A DNA stretch of 64,000 nucleotides. Source: Thermoanaerobaculia bacterium. GTDB taxonomy: Bacteria > Acidobacteriota > Thermoanaerobaculia > Multivoradales > JAHEKO01. Made by a program: the position numbers and the translations under genes. Every line of letters begins with the position of its first letter. The stretch's first letter is position 1. Below are positions 37,087 through 47,089 of the stretch, piece by piece. Where the stretch lies: positions 144 through 64,143 of the forward strand of contig JBHHWO010000003.1 in NCBI GenBank assembly GCA_046756565.1, written 5' to 3'. The notes below the pieces were generated by a model that saw only the letters and a list, made by a program, of their open reading frames with translations, searched no databases and was not told the DNA's origin.

Positions 37087-38910
37087 CTATTCCACGGTCA
37101 CGCTCTTAGCCAGATTCCGCGGCTGGTCGACGTCCGCGCCCCGCCGAACCGCCATGTAGTAGGCAAACAGCTGGAGCGGCACGACGTTGACCACCGGCTG
37201 CAGAAGCTCCGAGACCCGCGGCACCTGAACGACTTCGTCGGCTGCGGTCTCGACCTCAGAAGCCCTGCGATCGGTCAACGCCATGACGATGCCCTCGCGG
37301 GCACGCACTTCCTGCATGTTGCTCACCATCTTTTCGAACACCCGATCGCCGGTAGCTACCGCGACCACCGGCATCTTGCGATCGATGAGAGCGATGGGGC
37401 CGTGCTTCATCTCGCCCGCCGGATATCCCTCGGCGTGAATGTAGGAGATTTCTTTGAGCTTGAGCGCACCCTCTAGCGCGATCGGATAGTTGAGGCCCCT
37501 TCCGATGTAGAGAAAATCCCGCGCCTCGAAATAGACCCGCGCCAGGCGCTCGTAGGCTTCCGCCTCGGCCAGCACCTCCCCCACCGCGCCCGGCAAGTGC
37601 GCCAGATCGGTAAGCAGATCGCCGACTTCGCCTCGGCCGGTCTGCAGGCGCATGTAGACGGCCAGCAGGTAGAGGGCCACCAGCTGGGTCGTGAACGCCT
37701 TGGTCGACGCGACTCCGATCTCGGGCCCGGCGTGGGTATAGATGACGCCTTCCGAGATCCGCGTGGCCTGGCTCCCGACGACGTTGCACACCGAGAGCAG
37801 CTTGGCGCCGCGCTCCCGGGCGGCCTCCATCGCCGAGATCGTGTCCGCGGTCTCGCCCGACTGCGAGATTCCTACGACCAGGTCTCCTGGAGCCACCAAC
37901 GGATTTCGATACCGGTACTCGGAGCCGTAGTCGACCTCGACCGGGATGCCCACCAGCTCCTCGAGCAGGAACTGGCCGACCAGAGCCGCGTGCCACGAAG
38001 TGCCGCACGCGAGAAGGTGGATCCGGCGCGCGGCCTCGATCTCGTCGCCCGACAGCTCCAGCGTGTCGAATCCGACCTTTTCGACCTCGAAGTCGACGCG
38101 CCCGGCGAAGGTGTCCTGGATGGCCTGCGGCTGCTCGTGGATCTCCTTGAGCATGAAGTGCTTGAAGCCGCCCTTTTCGGCCTGGATCGGATCCCAGTTG
38201 AGCCGGACGATTGGTCGCTCGACACTGGAGCCGTCTACGGCCCAGGTCTCAACCTCGCTGTCGGTGAGCCTCGCCAGGTCCCCGTTCTCGAGAAAGACCA
38301 CGTCCCTTGTGAAGGCCAGAAGCGCCGAAGGATCCGAGGCCAGGAAGTTCTCCTCTTCCCCGAGACCCAGCACCAGGGGCGGTCCCTGGCGGGCGGCGAC
38401 GATCTCGCCCTCGGACGACTCGACCGAGATGACCGCAAAGGCATACATGCCCTCGAGCTCGGCTACCGACCGCCGCACCGCCTCGAGCAGATCGCCATCG
38501 AGATGCGAGCTCACCAGGTTGGCGATCACCTCGGTATCGGTGTCCGACACGAAGCTCCAGCCTTCCGCGCGCAGTCTCGTCTTGAGCTCCAGAAAGTTCT
38601 CGATGATGCCGTTGTGGATGAGTGCCAGCCGGCCCTTGCAGTCGTTGAGTGGATGAGCGTTGCGCTCGCTCGGAATGCCGTGCGTCGCCCAGCGTGTGTG
38701 ACCCAGGCCGTAGCTGCCCGCAAGGCCGCTGCCCTCGAGCTTCGCCGCCAGCTGGTCGAGCTTGCCTTCTGCCTTGATCGTCTTGAGCTCGCCGTTGGAT
38801 CGGACCACGACTCCGGCGGAGTCGTAGCCTCGATATTCCAGGCGACGAAGACCATTCACCAGCAGCGGCACCACATTCTGGCTTCCGAGATAACCGACAA
38901 TCCCGCACAT
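37087..38910 (-). CDS. glmS: Glutamine-fructose-6-phosphate aminotransferase
   Basis: MCGIVGY... N-terminal nucleophile Cys; two SIS domains; C-terminal ...KSVTVE. Confidence 0.95.
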   Translation of the reverse strand: MCGIVGYLGSQNVVPLLVNGLRRLEYRGYDSAGVVVRSNGELKTIKAEGKLDQLAAKLEGSGLAGSYGLGHTRWATHGIPSERNAHPLNDCKGRLALIHNGIIENFLELKTRLRAEGWSFVSDTDTEVIANLVSSHLDGDLLEAVRRSVAELEGMYAFAVISVESSEGEIVAARQGPPLVLGLGEEENFLASDPSALLAFTRDVVFLENGDLARLTDSEVETWAVDGSSVERPIVRLNWDPIQAEKGGFKHFMLKEIHEQPQAIQDTFAGRVDFEVEKVGFDTLELSGDEIEAARRIHLLACGTSWHAALVGQFLLEELVGIPVEVDYGSEYRYRNPLVAPGDLVVGISQSGETADTISAMEAARERGAKLLSVCNVVGSQATRISEGVIYTHAGPEIGVASTKAFTTQLVALYLLAVYMRLQTGRGEVGDLLTDLAHLPGAVGEVLAEAEAYERLARVYFEARDFLYIGRGLNYPIALEGALKLKEISYIHAEGYPAGEMKHGPIALIDRKMPVVAVATGDRVFEKMVSNMQEVRAREGIVMALTDRRASEVETAADEVVQVPRVSELLQPVVNVVPLQLFAYYMAVRRGADVDQPRNLAKSVTVE

Positions 38911-40328
38911 CAGCTATTCGATCTCCGCTTCTTCGAGCCGGCCCTGTCCTTGCGATCGGCCCAGCCCTGCAAGTTGCGTTGTCGCGCGCGGCCCACCCCC
39001 AGCCCGCCTTCCGGCACATCCTGGGTGATCACCGAGCCCGCGGCGGTCGTCGCTCTGTCGCCGACTCGAACCGGCGCAACCAGCATGGTATCGCTCCCAA
39101 TGAAGGCGCCGGCTCCGATCTCGGTTCGATGTTTGGCTTCGCCGTCGTAGTTGCAGGTCACTGTCCCGGCACCGATATTGGCTCGATCGCCGATCTCTGC
39201 GTCGCCCAGATAGGACAGATGCCCCGCTTTGACGCCGCTGCCAAAAGTCGAGTTCTTGATCTCGACGAAGTTGCCGACGCGGCAGCCGGTACCGAGGTGA
39301 GCGCCCGGCCGCAGCCTGGCGTACGGGCCCACGCGGCAACCGGCCTCGACGGTCGAGTCTTCGATCACGGTCATCGGGCCGATCTCGGCATCGCGCCCGA
39401 CTCGGGCGTTTCGAATCCACGCGCCCGAGTGGACAATCGCTCCCGACTCGATCGTCGTATCTCCAGCCAGGGTCACGCCGGGATGGATCACGGTATCGGC
39501 CGCGATCGCGACACCGGCTTCGATGACCGTCCGCTGCGGCTCGAGAATCGTCACGCCGGCCACCATCAGCTCGGCGCACTTGCGATCCAGCAGCAGGCGG
39601 TGAACGCGGGCGAGATCCGCTCGGTCGTTGACGCCGAGGGCCTCATCGACATCGGCGAGCTCGAACAGCCCCAGCTGCGTTCCGGCTTCGGCCGCAGCGG
39701 TGAACGCGTCGGTGAGATAGAGCTCACCCAGGGCGTTCGAGGGACGCAGATTGGACAGGTGGGGCTCGATCTCGGCCGACGGAACGACGTAGATTCCCGC
39801 GTTGACCGTGCGCACCGCCAACTCGTCGGCGCTCGCATCCGCAGCTTCGACAATGCGTGCCAAGGTGCCATCCGGCCCGGCGATCACGCGACCGAGCGAA
39901 CCCGGCGAGCTCTGTTCGGCAACCGCAAGCGCCCAGCCGGTCCCCGCGTGGTCGAGCAAGGAGACGAGAGTCGAGCCGGTCACCAGCGGCACGTCGCCGG
40001 AGAGCACCAGCAGCCGTGCCGGCGCGTCGAGAGCCGTGACGGCGCGGGCAAGCGCGTCGCCGGTGCCTCTCTGGTCGAGCTGTTCGACCCACTCCGGTGT
40101 CGGCCCGGAGCCGGCTTGAGCGAAGGTCGAGCGTACCGCCCCGGCTCCATGGCCGATCACGGCCAGGACCCTTTCGCAGCCGGCATCGGCCGCGGCCCGA
40201 AGAACCCACTCGAGCAGGGGCCGGCCCGCCGCACGGTGCAGCACCTTGGGCTTCGCCGAGCGCATACGAGTTCCGCGCCCAGCGGCCAGAACGACGGCAA
40301 CGGTCGGCAGCTGGGAGGCTTCGGTCAT
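38910..40328 (-). CDS. glmU: Bifunctional UDP-GlcNAc pyrophosphorylase / GlcN-1-P acetyltransferase
   Basis: ...LAAGRGTRMRSAKPKVLH... nucleotidyltransferase motif and C-terminal left-handed beta-helix hexapeptide repeats; 1-bp overlap with glmS. Confidence 0.9.
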   Translation of the reverse strand: MTEASQLPTVAVVLAAGRGTRMRSAKPKVLHRAAGRPLLEWVLRAAADAGCERVLAVIGHGAGAVRSTFAQAGSGPTPEWVEQLDQRGTGDALARAVTALDAPARLLVLSGDVPLVTGSTLVSLLDHAGTGWALAVAEQSSPGSLGRVIAGPDGTLARIVEAADASADELAVRTVNAGIYVVPSAEIEPHLSNLRPSNALGELYLTDAFTAAAEAGTQLGLFELADVDEALGVNDRADLARVHRLLLDRKCAELMVAGVTILEPQRTVIEAGVAIAADTVIHPGVTLAGDTTIESGAIVHSGAWIRNARVGRDAEIGPMTVIEDSTVEAGCRVGPYARLRPGAHLGTGCRVGNFVEIKNSTFGSGVKAGHLSYLGDAEIGDRANIGAGTVTCNYDGEAKHRTEIGAGAFIGSDTMLVAPVRVGDRATTAAGSVITQDVPEGGLGVGRARQRNLQGWADRKDRAGSKKRRSNS

Positions 40329-40356
40329 GCTTCTAGTCTAGCCGGGAGCCGAGCAG

Positions 40357-41403
40357 CTATGACGCTTGCCGGTCCGAAACGCGCCTTTGCGCGAGATCCA
40401 GCACCGCGCTCCGAAGCTTGCCCGGGTCGTGGCGGATCAGATCGCCTTCCTCGAGCAGATCGGCCCCGATCAGGGCCGGTCGCCCTTCCGAGGCGCGGTG
40501 CTCGGGCATCCGGACCGGCTCGGCTCCGGCCTCCGCATAGCGACTCACTACCCCTTCCGGAAGGGCGCCCCGGTGCGCGAGGACCACGTCCACGAGATCA
40601 AGACCCGCATGCCGCCGGAGCGCTTCGAGGTGTGCCGCAGCATCCATGCCGTCGGTCTCACCCGGCTGGGTCATCAAGTTGAGCACCAGCGCGACCTGAG
40701 CGTGGCTCCCCGCGAGGGCGTCGGCGATCCCCGCGATCAGCAAATTGGGCAGAATCGAGGTGTAGAGAGATCCCGGACCCAACAAGATCAGGTCCGCGGC
40801 TTCGATCGCTTCGATGGCGGGAGGAAACGCCGCGGCCCGGACCGGCTCGAGCTCCATGGTCTCGAGCGCCTCACCGGACCGGCCGATCGCCGATTCGCCT
40901 TCGTACTCCGTGCCCGAGATTCCCCGACCCCGGAGCCTGACGTCCGTCAGGGTCGCCGGAAGGATCCGCCCGCGCACCGAGAGAATCGATTCGGCGGTCA
41001 GAATCGCCTGCGAGAAATCGCCTGTGATTCCGGTCAAGGCGGTCAGGAACAGGTTACCGAAGGAGTGCCCGGCCAGGCCCTCGCCCATCGCAAAGCGGTA
41101 TTGGAAGAGCTTGGCGACCAGATCCTCGTCGTCGGCCAGCGCCACCAGGCAATTGCGGATGTCCCCCGGTGCGGGCACGCCGAAGTCTCGACGCAGGCGC
41201 CCAGAGGAGCCGCCGTCGTCGCTGACCGTCACGATCGCGGTCAGATCCGAGAGCTCGTCGTCGACCGCGGGCTTCAGAGCCCTGAGCAGTACGGCGAGGC
41301 CGGTGCCGCCACCGACCGCGACGACCCGCGGAAGCTTGGATTCAGTTGCCTGCAAAAAGAGACGCGTGATCAGGGTCGCTCCGCAGGGAGTCGAAATCCT
41401 CAT
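40357..41403 (-). CDS. yvcK: YvcK/UPF0052 (CofD-like) family protein
   Basis: ...VVAVGGGTGL...VTVSDDGGSSG...GPGSLYTSI... Start ambiguous: TTG 41415, ATG 41403 or TTG 41355; all overlap the upstream gene's 3' end. Confidence 0.75.
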   Translation of the reverse strand: MRISTPCGATLITRLFLQATESKLPRVVAVGGGTGLAVLLRALKPAVDDELSDLTAIVTVSDDGGSSGRLRRDFGVPAPGDIRNCLVALADDEDLVAKLFQYRFAMGEGLAGHSFGNLFLTALTGITGDFSQAILTAESILSVRGRILPATLTDVRLRGRGISGTEYEGESAIGRSGEALETMELEPVRAAAFPPAIEAIEAADLILLGPGSLYTSILPNLLIAGIADALAGSHAQVALVLNLMTQPGETDGMDAAAHLEALRRHAGLDLVDVVLAHRGALPEGVVSRYAEAGAEPVRMPEHRASEGRPALIGADLLEEGDLIRHDPGKLRSAVLDLAQRRVSDRQAS

Positions 41404-41974
41404 CGTGAGCCGCAACCACCCGGTTCCGGGCGTTGGCGTCGATCGCCTTGGTCAAGAAATCCGCGGCCTTCTCGTCGTCGCCCTGAAGGGCGTGAATCGC
41501 AGCCGCCAGATACGCGAAGCGCTCGTCCTTCGCGGACCGTCCGCCCCGCATGCAGATATCGAGTGCCTGGTCGAGCTCGCCGCGATTGCGCAGGAAAACG
41601 GCCTCCAGATATGGATCGTCGGCTCCCTGGCCCTTTTTGGCCAGGTTGTGCTCGCAAACCGCCAGATAGCGCCGGGCGCTCTGCCCGAGGGAGGGCAGGT
41701 CGGTTGCCTTGCGCACCTGCTCGAGCATCTTCGCGGCCTCTCGCCACTTCTTCTGATAGGTGGCTTTCACCGCTTTCTCGAACAGCTTGACGTTGGGATC
41801 GTCTGCCAGGTTGGGCGCGACGACCATGTCGTGGGCCGTGAGACCCAGCTCGGTGAGCTTGGCTTCCACGGTATCGGCGTCGGTCTTGAATCGCTCGGCA
41901 AGCTCCGCGAGGCGACGCTTCTTCGCATAGCGCTTCAGGTAGGTCAGGTCTCCGGATTTCCAGCGCTTCGCCAT
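41342..41974 (-). CDS. Hypothetical protein (basic N-terminus, TPR-like C-terminal half) encoded between mglA and yvcK
   Basis: 210-aa high-GC3 ORF with 3-bp spacing to mglA; helical repeat-like ...YLAVCEHNLAKKG... / ...YLAAAIHALQGDDEKAADFLTKAID.... Confidence 0.5.
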   Translation of the reverse strand: MAKRWKSGDLTYLKRYAKKRRLAELAERFKTDADTVEAKLTELGLTAHDMVVAPNLADDPNVKLFEKAVKATYQKKWREAAKMLEQVRKATDLPSLGQSARRYLAVCEHNLAKKGQGADDPYLEAVFLRNRGELDQALDICMRGGRSAKDERFAYLAAAIHALQGDDEKAADFLTKAIDANARNRVVAAHDEDFDSLRSDPDHASLFAGN

Positions 41975-41977
41975 GCT

Positions 41978-42562
41978 CTACCTTTTCCTCAGTTCGACCA
42001 GGATCTGTTTCGCCACCGCCTTGAGCGTGTCGAATACGCCAACGCCCTGGGGAGCTACCGCTTCGAACGTCGGCTCGCGCTTGTAGTTGAGCATCCGGTA
42101 CATCTCGTCGACCGGCATGGCGTTGGGAAGGTCGCGTTTGTTGAACTGCAATGCCGACGGAACCGTCTTCAAGTCGAAGCCGTGATCGCGCAGGTTCGCT
42201 TCCAGATTGCGAATCGACTCGACGTTCGCCTCCATGCGCTCACGCTGGCTGTCGGCCACGAAGATCACGCCGTCCACGCCTTTGAGGATGAGCTTCCGAC
42301 TGGCGTCGTAGAAGACCTGGCCGGGCACGGTATAGAGGTGGAAGCGAGTCGTAAAACCGCGGATCGACCCGAGATCGAGCGGCAGGAAATCGAAAAACAG
42401 CGTTCGGTCCGCCTCGGTAGCAAGTGAGATCATCTTGCCCTTCCGGTCGGGCGCGGTCTTGTTGTAGATGTACTGGAGGTTGGTCGTTTTGCCGCCCAGG
42501 CCGGGGCCGTAGTAGACGATCTTGCAGTTGATCTCCTTGGCCGCATAGTTGATGAACGTCAT
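41978..42562 (-). CDS. mglA: Ras-like small GTPase MglA
   Basis: [36 protein letters not shown]...[33 protein letters not shown]... is near-identical in pattern to Myxococcus MglA. Confidence 0.9.
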   Translation of the reverse strand: MTFINYAAKEINCKIVYYGPGLGGKTTNLQYIYNKTAPDRKGKMISLATEADRTLFFDFLPLDLGSIRGFTTRFHLYTVPGQVFYDASRKLILKGVDGVIFVADSQRERMEANVESIRNLEANLRDHGFDLKTVPSALQFNKRDLPNAMPVDEMYRMLNYKREPTFEAVAPQGVGVFDTLKAVAKQILVELRKR

Positions 42563-42608
42563 CGCTGATCTCTGTGCCTATCGACTACCTGTGGAACGAC
42601 TCGCAGAC

Positions 42609-43088
42609 CTATTCGCTGAACAGGGCGTCGATGTCCTCGTCGGTGATCTCCGAGAACGGGCTGGGCTCCGAAACGCCCTCCTCCGGGAGCGCCTTGGCGT
42701 CCATCTCATCGAAGACCTTCTTGAGCTCCACGCTCGCTCGCTTGACTCTCAAACGCACCAGCCCCAGAGACGAGCGCTCGTCGAAGATCACCAGGAGAAT
42801 CGCACGGCGCGCGACGATCGAGATATGGATGTGGTCCCGCTGCCCCTCGTGGAAGAGGACGGAGAACTCCCGTTCACCGATCAGCTTGGCCAGGCCGTCG
42901 GTCGCGGCGACGTTGCCAGCGGTCAGCGAGGCCAGGGAGGTCGAATCGAACTCTTCGGTCTCGCCCGCGGCCGCAATGTGCTGGCCGTTCTTGTCGATCA
43001 GGAAGACCGCCTTGGCGTTGGCGTCCTGGCGGAGCCTGCGCAGGGCGTCCTCTAGACGCCGAAACTCTGTTTCGAAAACTACTTCCAT
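42609..43088 (-). CDS. mglB: Roadblock/LC7-domain GTPase-activating protein MglB
   Basis: Roadblock fold sequence upstream of mglA (...AVFLIDKNGQHIAAAG...); acidic C-terminal tail. Confidence 0.8.
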   Translation of the reverse strand: MEVVFETEFRRLEDALRRLRQDANAKAVFLIDKNGQHIAAAGETEEFDSTSLASLTAGNVAATDGLAKLIGEREFSVLFHEGQRDHIHISIVARRAILLVIFDERSSLGLVRLRVKRASVELKKVFDEMDAKALPEEGVSEPSPFSEITDEDIDALFSE

Positions 43089-43206
43089 GATCGGGACTTA
43101 CCTGGATGGACTCTATTCCCCCGGCACCAAAGGCGCCGCGAAAAATATCACAACCCCCACGGTTTACTCCAAACACTGATGGTACGGTATTTAGCCCTGT
43201 CTGAGA

Positions 43207-44886
43207 ATGGCTTCCGGGCGGGTTTTCGACGGAATCCTCATGCGCGCGCTCGTCCCCCCGAGATCCACGGCGTCTCGCGACCGCGACTTCGAAGGCCTGG
43301 GCTCGGAATCCTGGGATCTCCTGGTCATCGGCGGCGGAATTACCGGCACCGCTGTGGCCCGCGACGCCGCCCTTCGGGGCCTGAGAACGGCCCTTGTCGA
43401 GCAGGGCGACTTCGCGTTCGGAACCTCTAGCCGCTCCTCGCGACTGGTTCACGGCGGCCTGAGATACCTGGCGGACTTTGATTTCTCGTTGGTGCGCGAG
43501 GGGCTGGTCGAGCGCAAACGGCTCCTCGAGGCGGCTCCGGGGCTGGTACGGCCTGTGCGATTCACCTACCCGGTCTATCGCGGCGACCCCGACGGCCTCT
43601 GGAAGGTACACCTGGGGGTGCGTCTCTACGATGCGCTGTCGTTCGGCTACGGACTCGGTGACACCGAAAAACTCAACCGCGATCGGCTCTTGGCGTCCGT
43701 TCCCGGACTGCGCCGGGACGGTCTCGTGGGAGCGGTCACCTACTTCGACGCCGCGACCCACGACACCCGGCTGACCCTGGCGGTGGCTCGCTCGGCGCGA
43801 GACGCCGGAGCGCTTCTGGTGCCGCGCTGCCGGGCACTGGGCCTCACCGGAGACTCCGAATCGAGCCAGGGCGCCGAGATCGCGGACCTTCTGGGCGATC
43901 GACGTGTCCAGGTGCGGGCCAAGGCCACGGCGCTCTGTTGTGGTCCGTGGCAGACCCTCTATCCGCCGGCCACGGTCGAGCTCCGAACCGCGCGCGGCAC
44001 TCACATTTCGCTCAAGAACCGGCGGATTCCGCTCGACGGCTACATCGCTCTGCGCTCGCCTCGGGACGGCCGCTTCGCCTTTGCGATGCCGATCGGTCGT
44101 TACATCGTCTTCGGCACCACCGATACCGACGATCGCGTCGAGCCGGGCTTGGTCCGGCCGTCGGCCGAGGACACCGAATATCTGCTCGAGCTCGCCAATC
44201 ACGCCTTCCCGGCAGTCGACGTGACCGCCGACGACGTCACCGGCGCCTGGGCCGGGTTGCGGCCGCTGGTCGCCGAAAGCGGCGAGGAAGACGCCGACGC
44301 CTTGTCGCGACGCCATCAGATCGTCCCCGGCCCGCCGGGCCTGTGGATCCTCACCGGCGGCAAGCTCACCACCCACCGGCGCATGGCGGAGGATCTGGTC
44401 GACGAGATCGCGCCGTTTCTGGAGCGGGCGGGAGTCGCCGTCGGCGACTGCCGCACACAGGAAGGTCGCTTCTCGTCCGCTTCGCTCGAATCAGGCGGGC
44501 ATCGTCTTGCCGCCGTGGGAGTCTCCGAGGCTGCGATCGATTCGGCCGCCGGCCTCTACGGACCTATGATCGAGGAGCTCTCGGTCCGCGTCCAGACACC
44601 CGAAGGCGCCGAGCCCGACGCCGCGCTTCGCCGAGCCCAGATCGCAATGGCGGTCGAAGATGAGTGGGCGCTTTCCCTCGACGATCTCCTGCTCCGCCGG
44701 CTCGAGCCCGGTCCTCTCGATCTCAAGGCCTGCTGGAGCGAAGCTCCTGCAGCCGCGCACGAGCTGGGCTCGCGGCTCGGCTGGACCGACGACGAGATAA
44801 GGCATCAGGCCGCCGAGCTCCGCGGCGGCATCGAGCGCGATCTCGAAGCGGCTGACGTGCCGCTGCCACGCAGCACCCACGAGTAG
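43207..44886 (+). CDS. glpD: FAD-dependent glycerol-3-phosphate dehydrogenase
   Basis: DLLVIGGGITGTAVARDAALRGL...GTSSRSSRLVHGGLRYL... GlpD/GlpA signature. The true start may be the internal ATG at 43240. Confidence 0.85.
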   Translation: MASGRVFDGILMRALVPPRSTASRDRDFEGLGSESWDLLVIGGGITGTAVARDAALRGLRTALVEQGDFAFGTSSRSSRLVHGGLRYLADFDFSLVREGLVERKRLLEAAPGLVRPVRFTYPVYRGDPDGLWKVHLGVRLYDALSFGYGLGDTEKLNRDRLLASVPGLRRDGLVGAVTYFDAATHDTRLTLAVARSARDAGALLVPRCRALGLTGDSESSQGAEIADLLGDRRVQVRAKATALCCGPWQTLYPPATVELRTARGTHISLKNRRIPLDGYIALRSPRDGRFAFAMPIGRYIVFGTTDTDDRVEPGLVRPSAEDTEYLLELANHAFPAVDVTADDVTGAWAGLRPLVAESGEEDADALSRRHQIVPGPPGLWILTGGKLTTHRRMAEDLVDEIAPFLERAGVAVGDCRTQEGRFSSASLESGGHRLAAVGVSEAAIDSAAGLYGPMIEELSVRVQTPEGAEPDAALRRAQIAMAVEDEWALSLDDLLLRRLEPGPLDLKACWSEAPAAAHELGSRLGWTDDEIRHQAAELRGGIERDLEAADVPLPRSTHE

Positions 44887-44970
44887 GCCTCATCCGCGAA
44901 AGTGTCGGGCGGCGGCCTCTCCCGAGGTAGGGGTCGGAGATGGGGATCGAGGGAGAGAGGGGGAGACCCT

Positions 44971-45795
44971 TTAGGCGGTCTTGCGGGCCGTCGAGCGCTT
45001 CGGCGCCCGCTTGGCCGGTCGCTTGCGCGAGCGTCCGCCCCCGACCAGGCCCGTGATGACGTAGGTGCCGGCGCGCGGGTCCTTCTTGAGCTTGATCAGC
45101 TTGCTCTTCTCCGCGTCCTCCAGGAGCTCGGAGAACGAAGAGTAGCCGTAGTAGCCCTCCGAGAAGGACGGCCGCTTCCTCTGCATGGTCTGCTTGACCA
45201 TCGAGCCCCAGAGAACGTCCTTGTTCTCGCGTTGGAGGGCGTGAATCGAGTCGATCATGAGGGTGAAGGCCTCGGCGTTCTTGTCGGAGACGCCCGACGC
45301 GGTCTTGATCTTCGGGGTCGCCTGCGACTCGCGCCAGACGTCCTCGTAGAAGATGAACTCGTCGCAGTTGTCGATCAGGAGGTTGGCCGACGAGTTCTTG
45401 ACGCCGACGCCGATCACCATCTTGTTGTTTTCCTTCAGCTTGGTCACCAGCGGCGTGAAATCGCTGTCGCCGGTCAGGACGACGAAGGTGTCGATGTGCT
45501 CCTTGGAATGAGAGACGTCCATGGCATCCACGACCATCTTGATGTCGGCCGAGTTCTTGCCGGAGTAGCGCCGCTTCGGGATGTCGATGAGTTCGATTCC
45601 GGCCTCGTGGAACTCGCGCTTGAAGTCGCGGTAGCTCTCCCAGTCGGCGTACGCCTTCTTTACGATGATCTTTCCCTTCTCGACCAGTCGCTCGAGAATC
45701 AGGTTGATGTTGAGTTTCTTGATATCCGAATCGCGCACTCCGAGCGCGATGTTTTCCAGATCGCAGAACAAAGCGATCCGCTTTTCGTCATTCAC
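44971..45795 (-). CDS. NYN (LabA-like PIN-fold) domain protein with C-terminal OST-HTH/LOTUS domain
   Basis: N-terminal ...IALFCDLENI...VLTGDSDFTPLV... (NYN); C-terminal ~70-aa OST-HTH-like region; Lys/Arg-rich tail. Somewhat AT-richer than neighbours. Confidence 0.7.
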   Translation of the reverse strand: MNDEKRIALFCDLENIALGVRDSDIKKLNINLILERLVEKGKIIVKKAYADWESYRDFKREFHEAGIELIDIPKRRYSGKNSADIKMVVDAMDVSHSKEHIDTFVVLTGDSDFTPLVTKLKENNKMVIGVGVKNSSANLLIDNCDEFIFYEDVWRESQATPKIKTASGVSDKNAEAFTLMIDSIHALQRENKDVLWGSMVKQTMQRKRPSFSEGYYGYSSFSELLEDAEKSKLIKLKKDPRAGTYVITGLVGGGRSRKRPAKRAPKRSTARKTA

Positions 45796-45924
45796 GGGTA
45801 TTTCCTCTTATCGGTTCTTGTTTCTCTAGAAGGACTTCCGAGGTCCGGCGCCGTCGTTGTCCCTGGCGACCTTGTCTTGGAACAAGAGAGGTAAGCCGGG
45901 GCCCGAAGTTCCTGTGCGCGGAGC

Positions 45925-47019
45925 TTAGCACGGGGAAGCCGGCAGACGCTCGGCCGCTGCCGCCATCCACTTCGCGAAACCGTTGCGATCCCGCCGTTGG
46001 ATCAGGTCACGCAAGTGCCCGAGCGCTCGCTCCAGCCTGGCAACGGCTTCTTCCGAGTACGGGTTGTCGACCTGAATCTCGAAATAGACCTCGGGGCTCT
46101 CCCGGACCAGAGTCGCCGCCAGTTTCTCGAGCCCCCTGTCGGTCGTGCTGTGAAGCTCCACCGATCGCTCACCGCCGTCGACACGGGCTCCGGCAAACGC
46201 CAGCGTAGAGGCGTGGGCGAGGCTCAGCATGTCGGCCATCAGGCGATCGTGCTCGTCGAGACCGATCCGGATCAGACGGGCCGAGGTCGGCGCGAAGAGA
46301 TCGCTGACGAAGTCCTCGGCGCCTCTGTCGCCGGTGTCGCAGACGACGACATCGCAATCGCGCAGGCTGGTGGTGGTGGGTCCGAAAAGTGGGTGAAACG
46401 AGGACACCCGAACACCTCGGGCCTGAAGATTCCGGATGGCCTCGACCATGGGGGTCTTGATACTCGCCATGTCGCAGACGATCCCGCTGGGCGGTGCGGA
46501 GCACCAGTCGCGGTAGAGCTCTGCGGTACGGCTCGGCGGGGCCGCCGACACCACCAGCTCGACCTCGGTCAGGCGCGATCGAGTCGCCTCATCGATCCCC
46601 CCCGGACTGCGCGGATCGAGAACCGCGACCCGAAACTCCTGGGCCCGCAGAAACGAGACCATCCAGCGCCCCATCCGACCCGCGCCGCCTACGACGATCG
46701 CGCTCTTGCCCTTTCCAGCAGCCGCGAAGCGCAGACGCTGCGCTTCCTGCGCCGTGACCGAGGCCGACATGAGCGTCGAGAGAATGTCGTCGGCCAGGTG
46801 CGGATCCAGACCAGTGGTTTGCGCGATCTCGCGGCCCCGGTCGAGCACCTTGCGCTCCTGACGGTAGTCGACCGTCGGCAGGTCTTGGCTGAGCTTGATC
46901 GCCGCAACCTCACGCGCCAGCTCGATTCGGCGAGCTGCACTTTCAAGGATTGTCTCGTCCAGCTTGCGAATACGATGGCGGGCATCCTCGAGATCCATGG
47001 GCGTCTCCTTGGGCGGCAC
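45925..47019 (-). CDS. tyrA: Bifunctional chorismate mutase / prephenate dehydrogenase (T-protein-like)
   Basis: N-terminal AroQ chorismate mutase helix pattern (LEDARHRIRKLDETILE...RRIELAREVAAIK), then Rossmann AIVVGGAGRMG and a prephenate dehydrogenase domain. Confidence 0.75.
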   Translation of the reverse strand: MPPKETPMDLEDARHRIRKLDETILESAARRIELAREVAAIKLSQDLPTVDYRQERKVLDRGREIAQTTGLDPHLADDILSTLMSASVTAQEAQRLRFAAAGKGKSAIVVGGAGRMGRWMVSFLRAQEFRVAVLDPRSPGGIDEATRSRLTEVELVVSAAPPSRTAELYRDWCSAPPSGIVCDMASIKTPMVEAIRNLQARGVRVSSFHPLFGPTTTSLRDCDVVVCDTGDRGAEDFVSDLFAPTSARLIRIGLDEHDRLMADMLSLAHASTLAFAGARVDGGERSVELHSTTDRGLEKLAATLVRESPEVYFEIQVDNPYSEEAVARLERALGHLRDLIQRRDRNGFAKWMAAAAERLPASPC

Positions 47020-47089
47020 AATGGGTAACTCTGCTCACCCAGTATAGGCAGGAAACAGGCCGGTCCCCTGATACGATCCCGGCCCCGCG

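Noticed and set aside
37087-40328. glmS ribozyme upstream of glmS
   Set aside because: glmS starts 1 bp after glmU, so there is no 5' UTR to hold a ribozyme.
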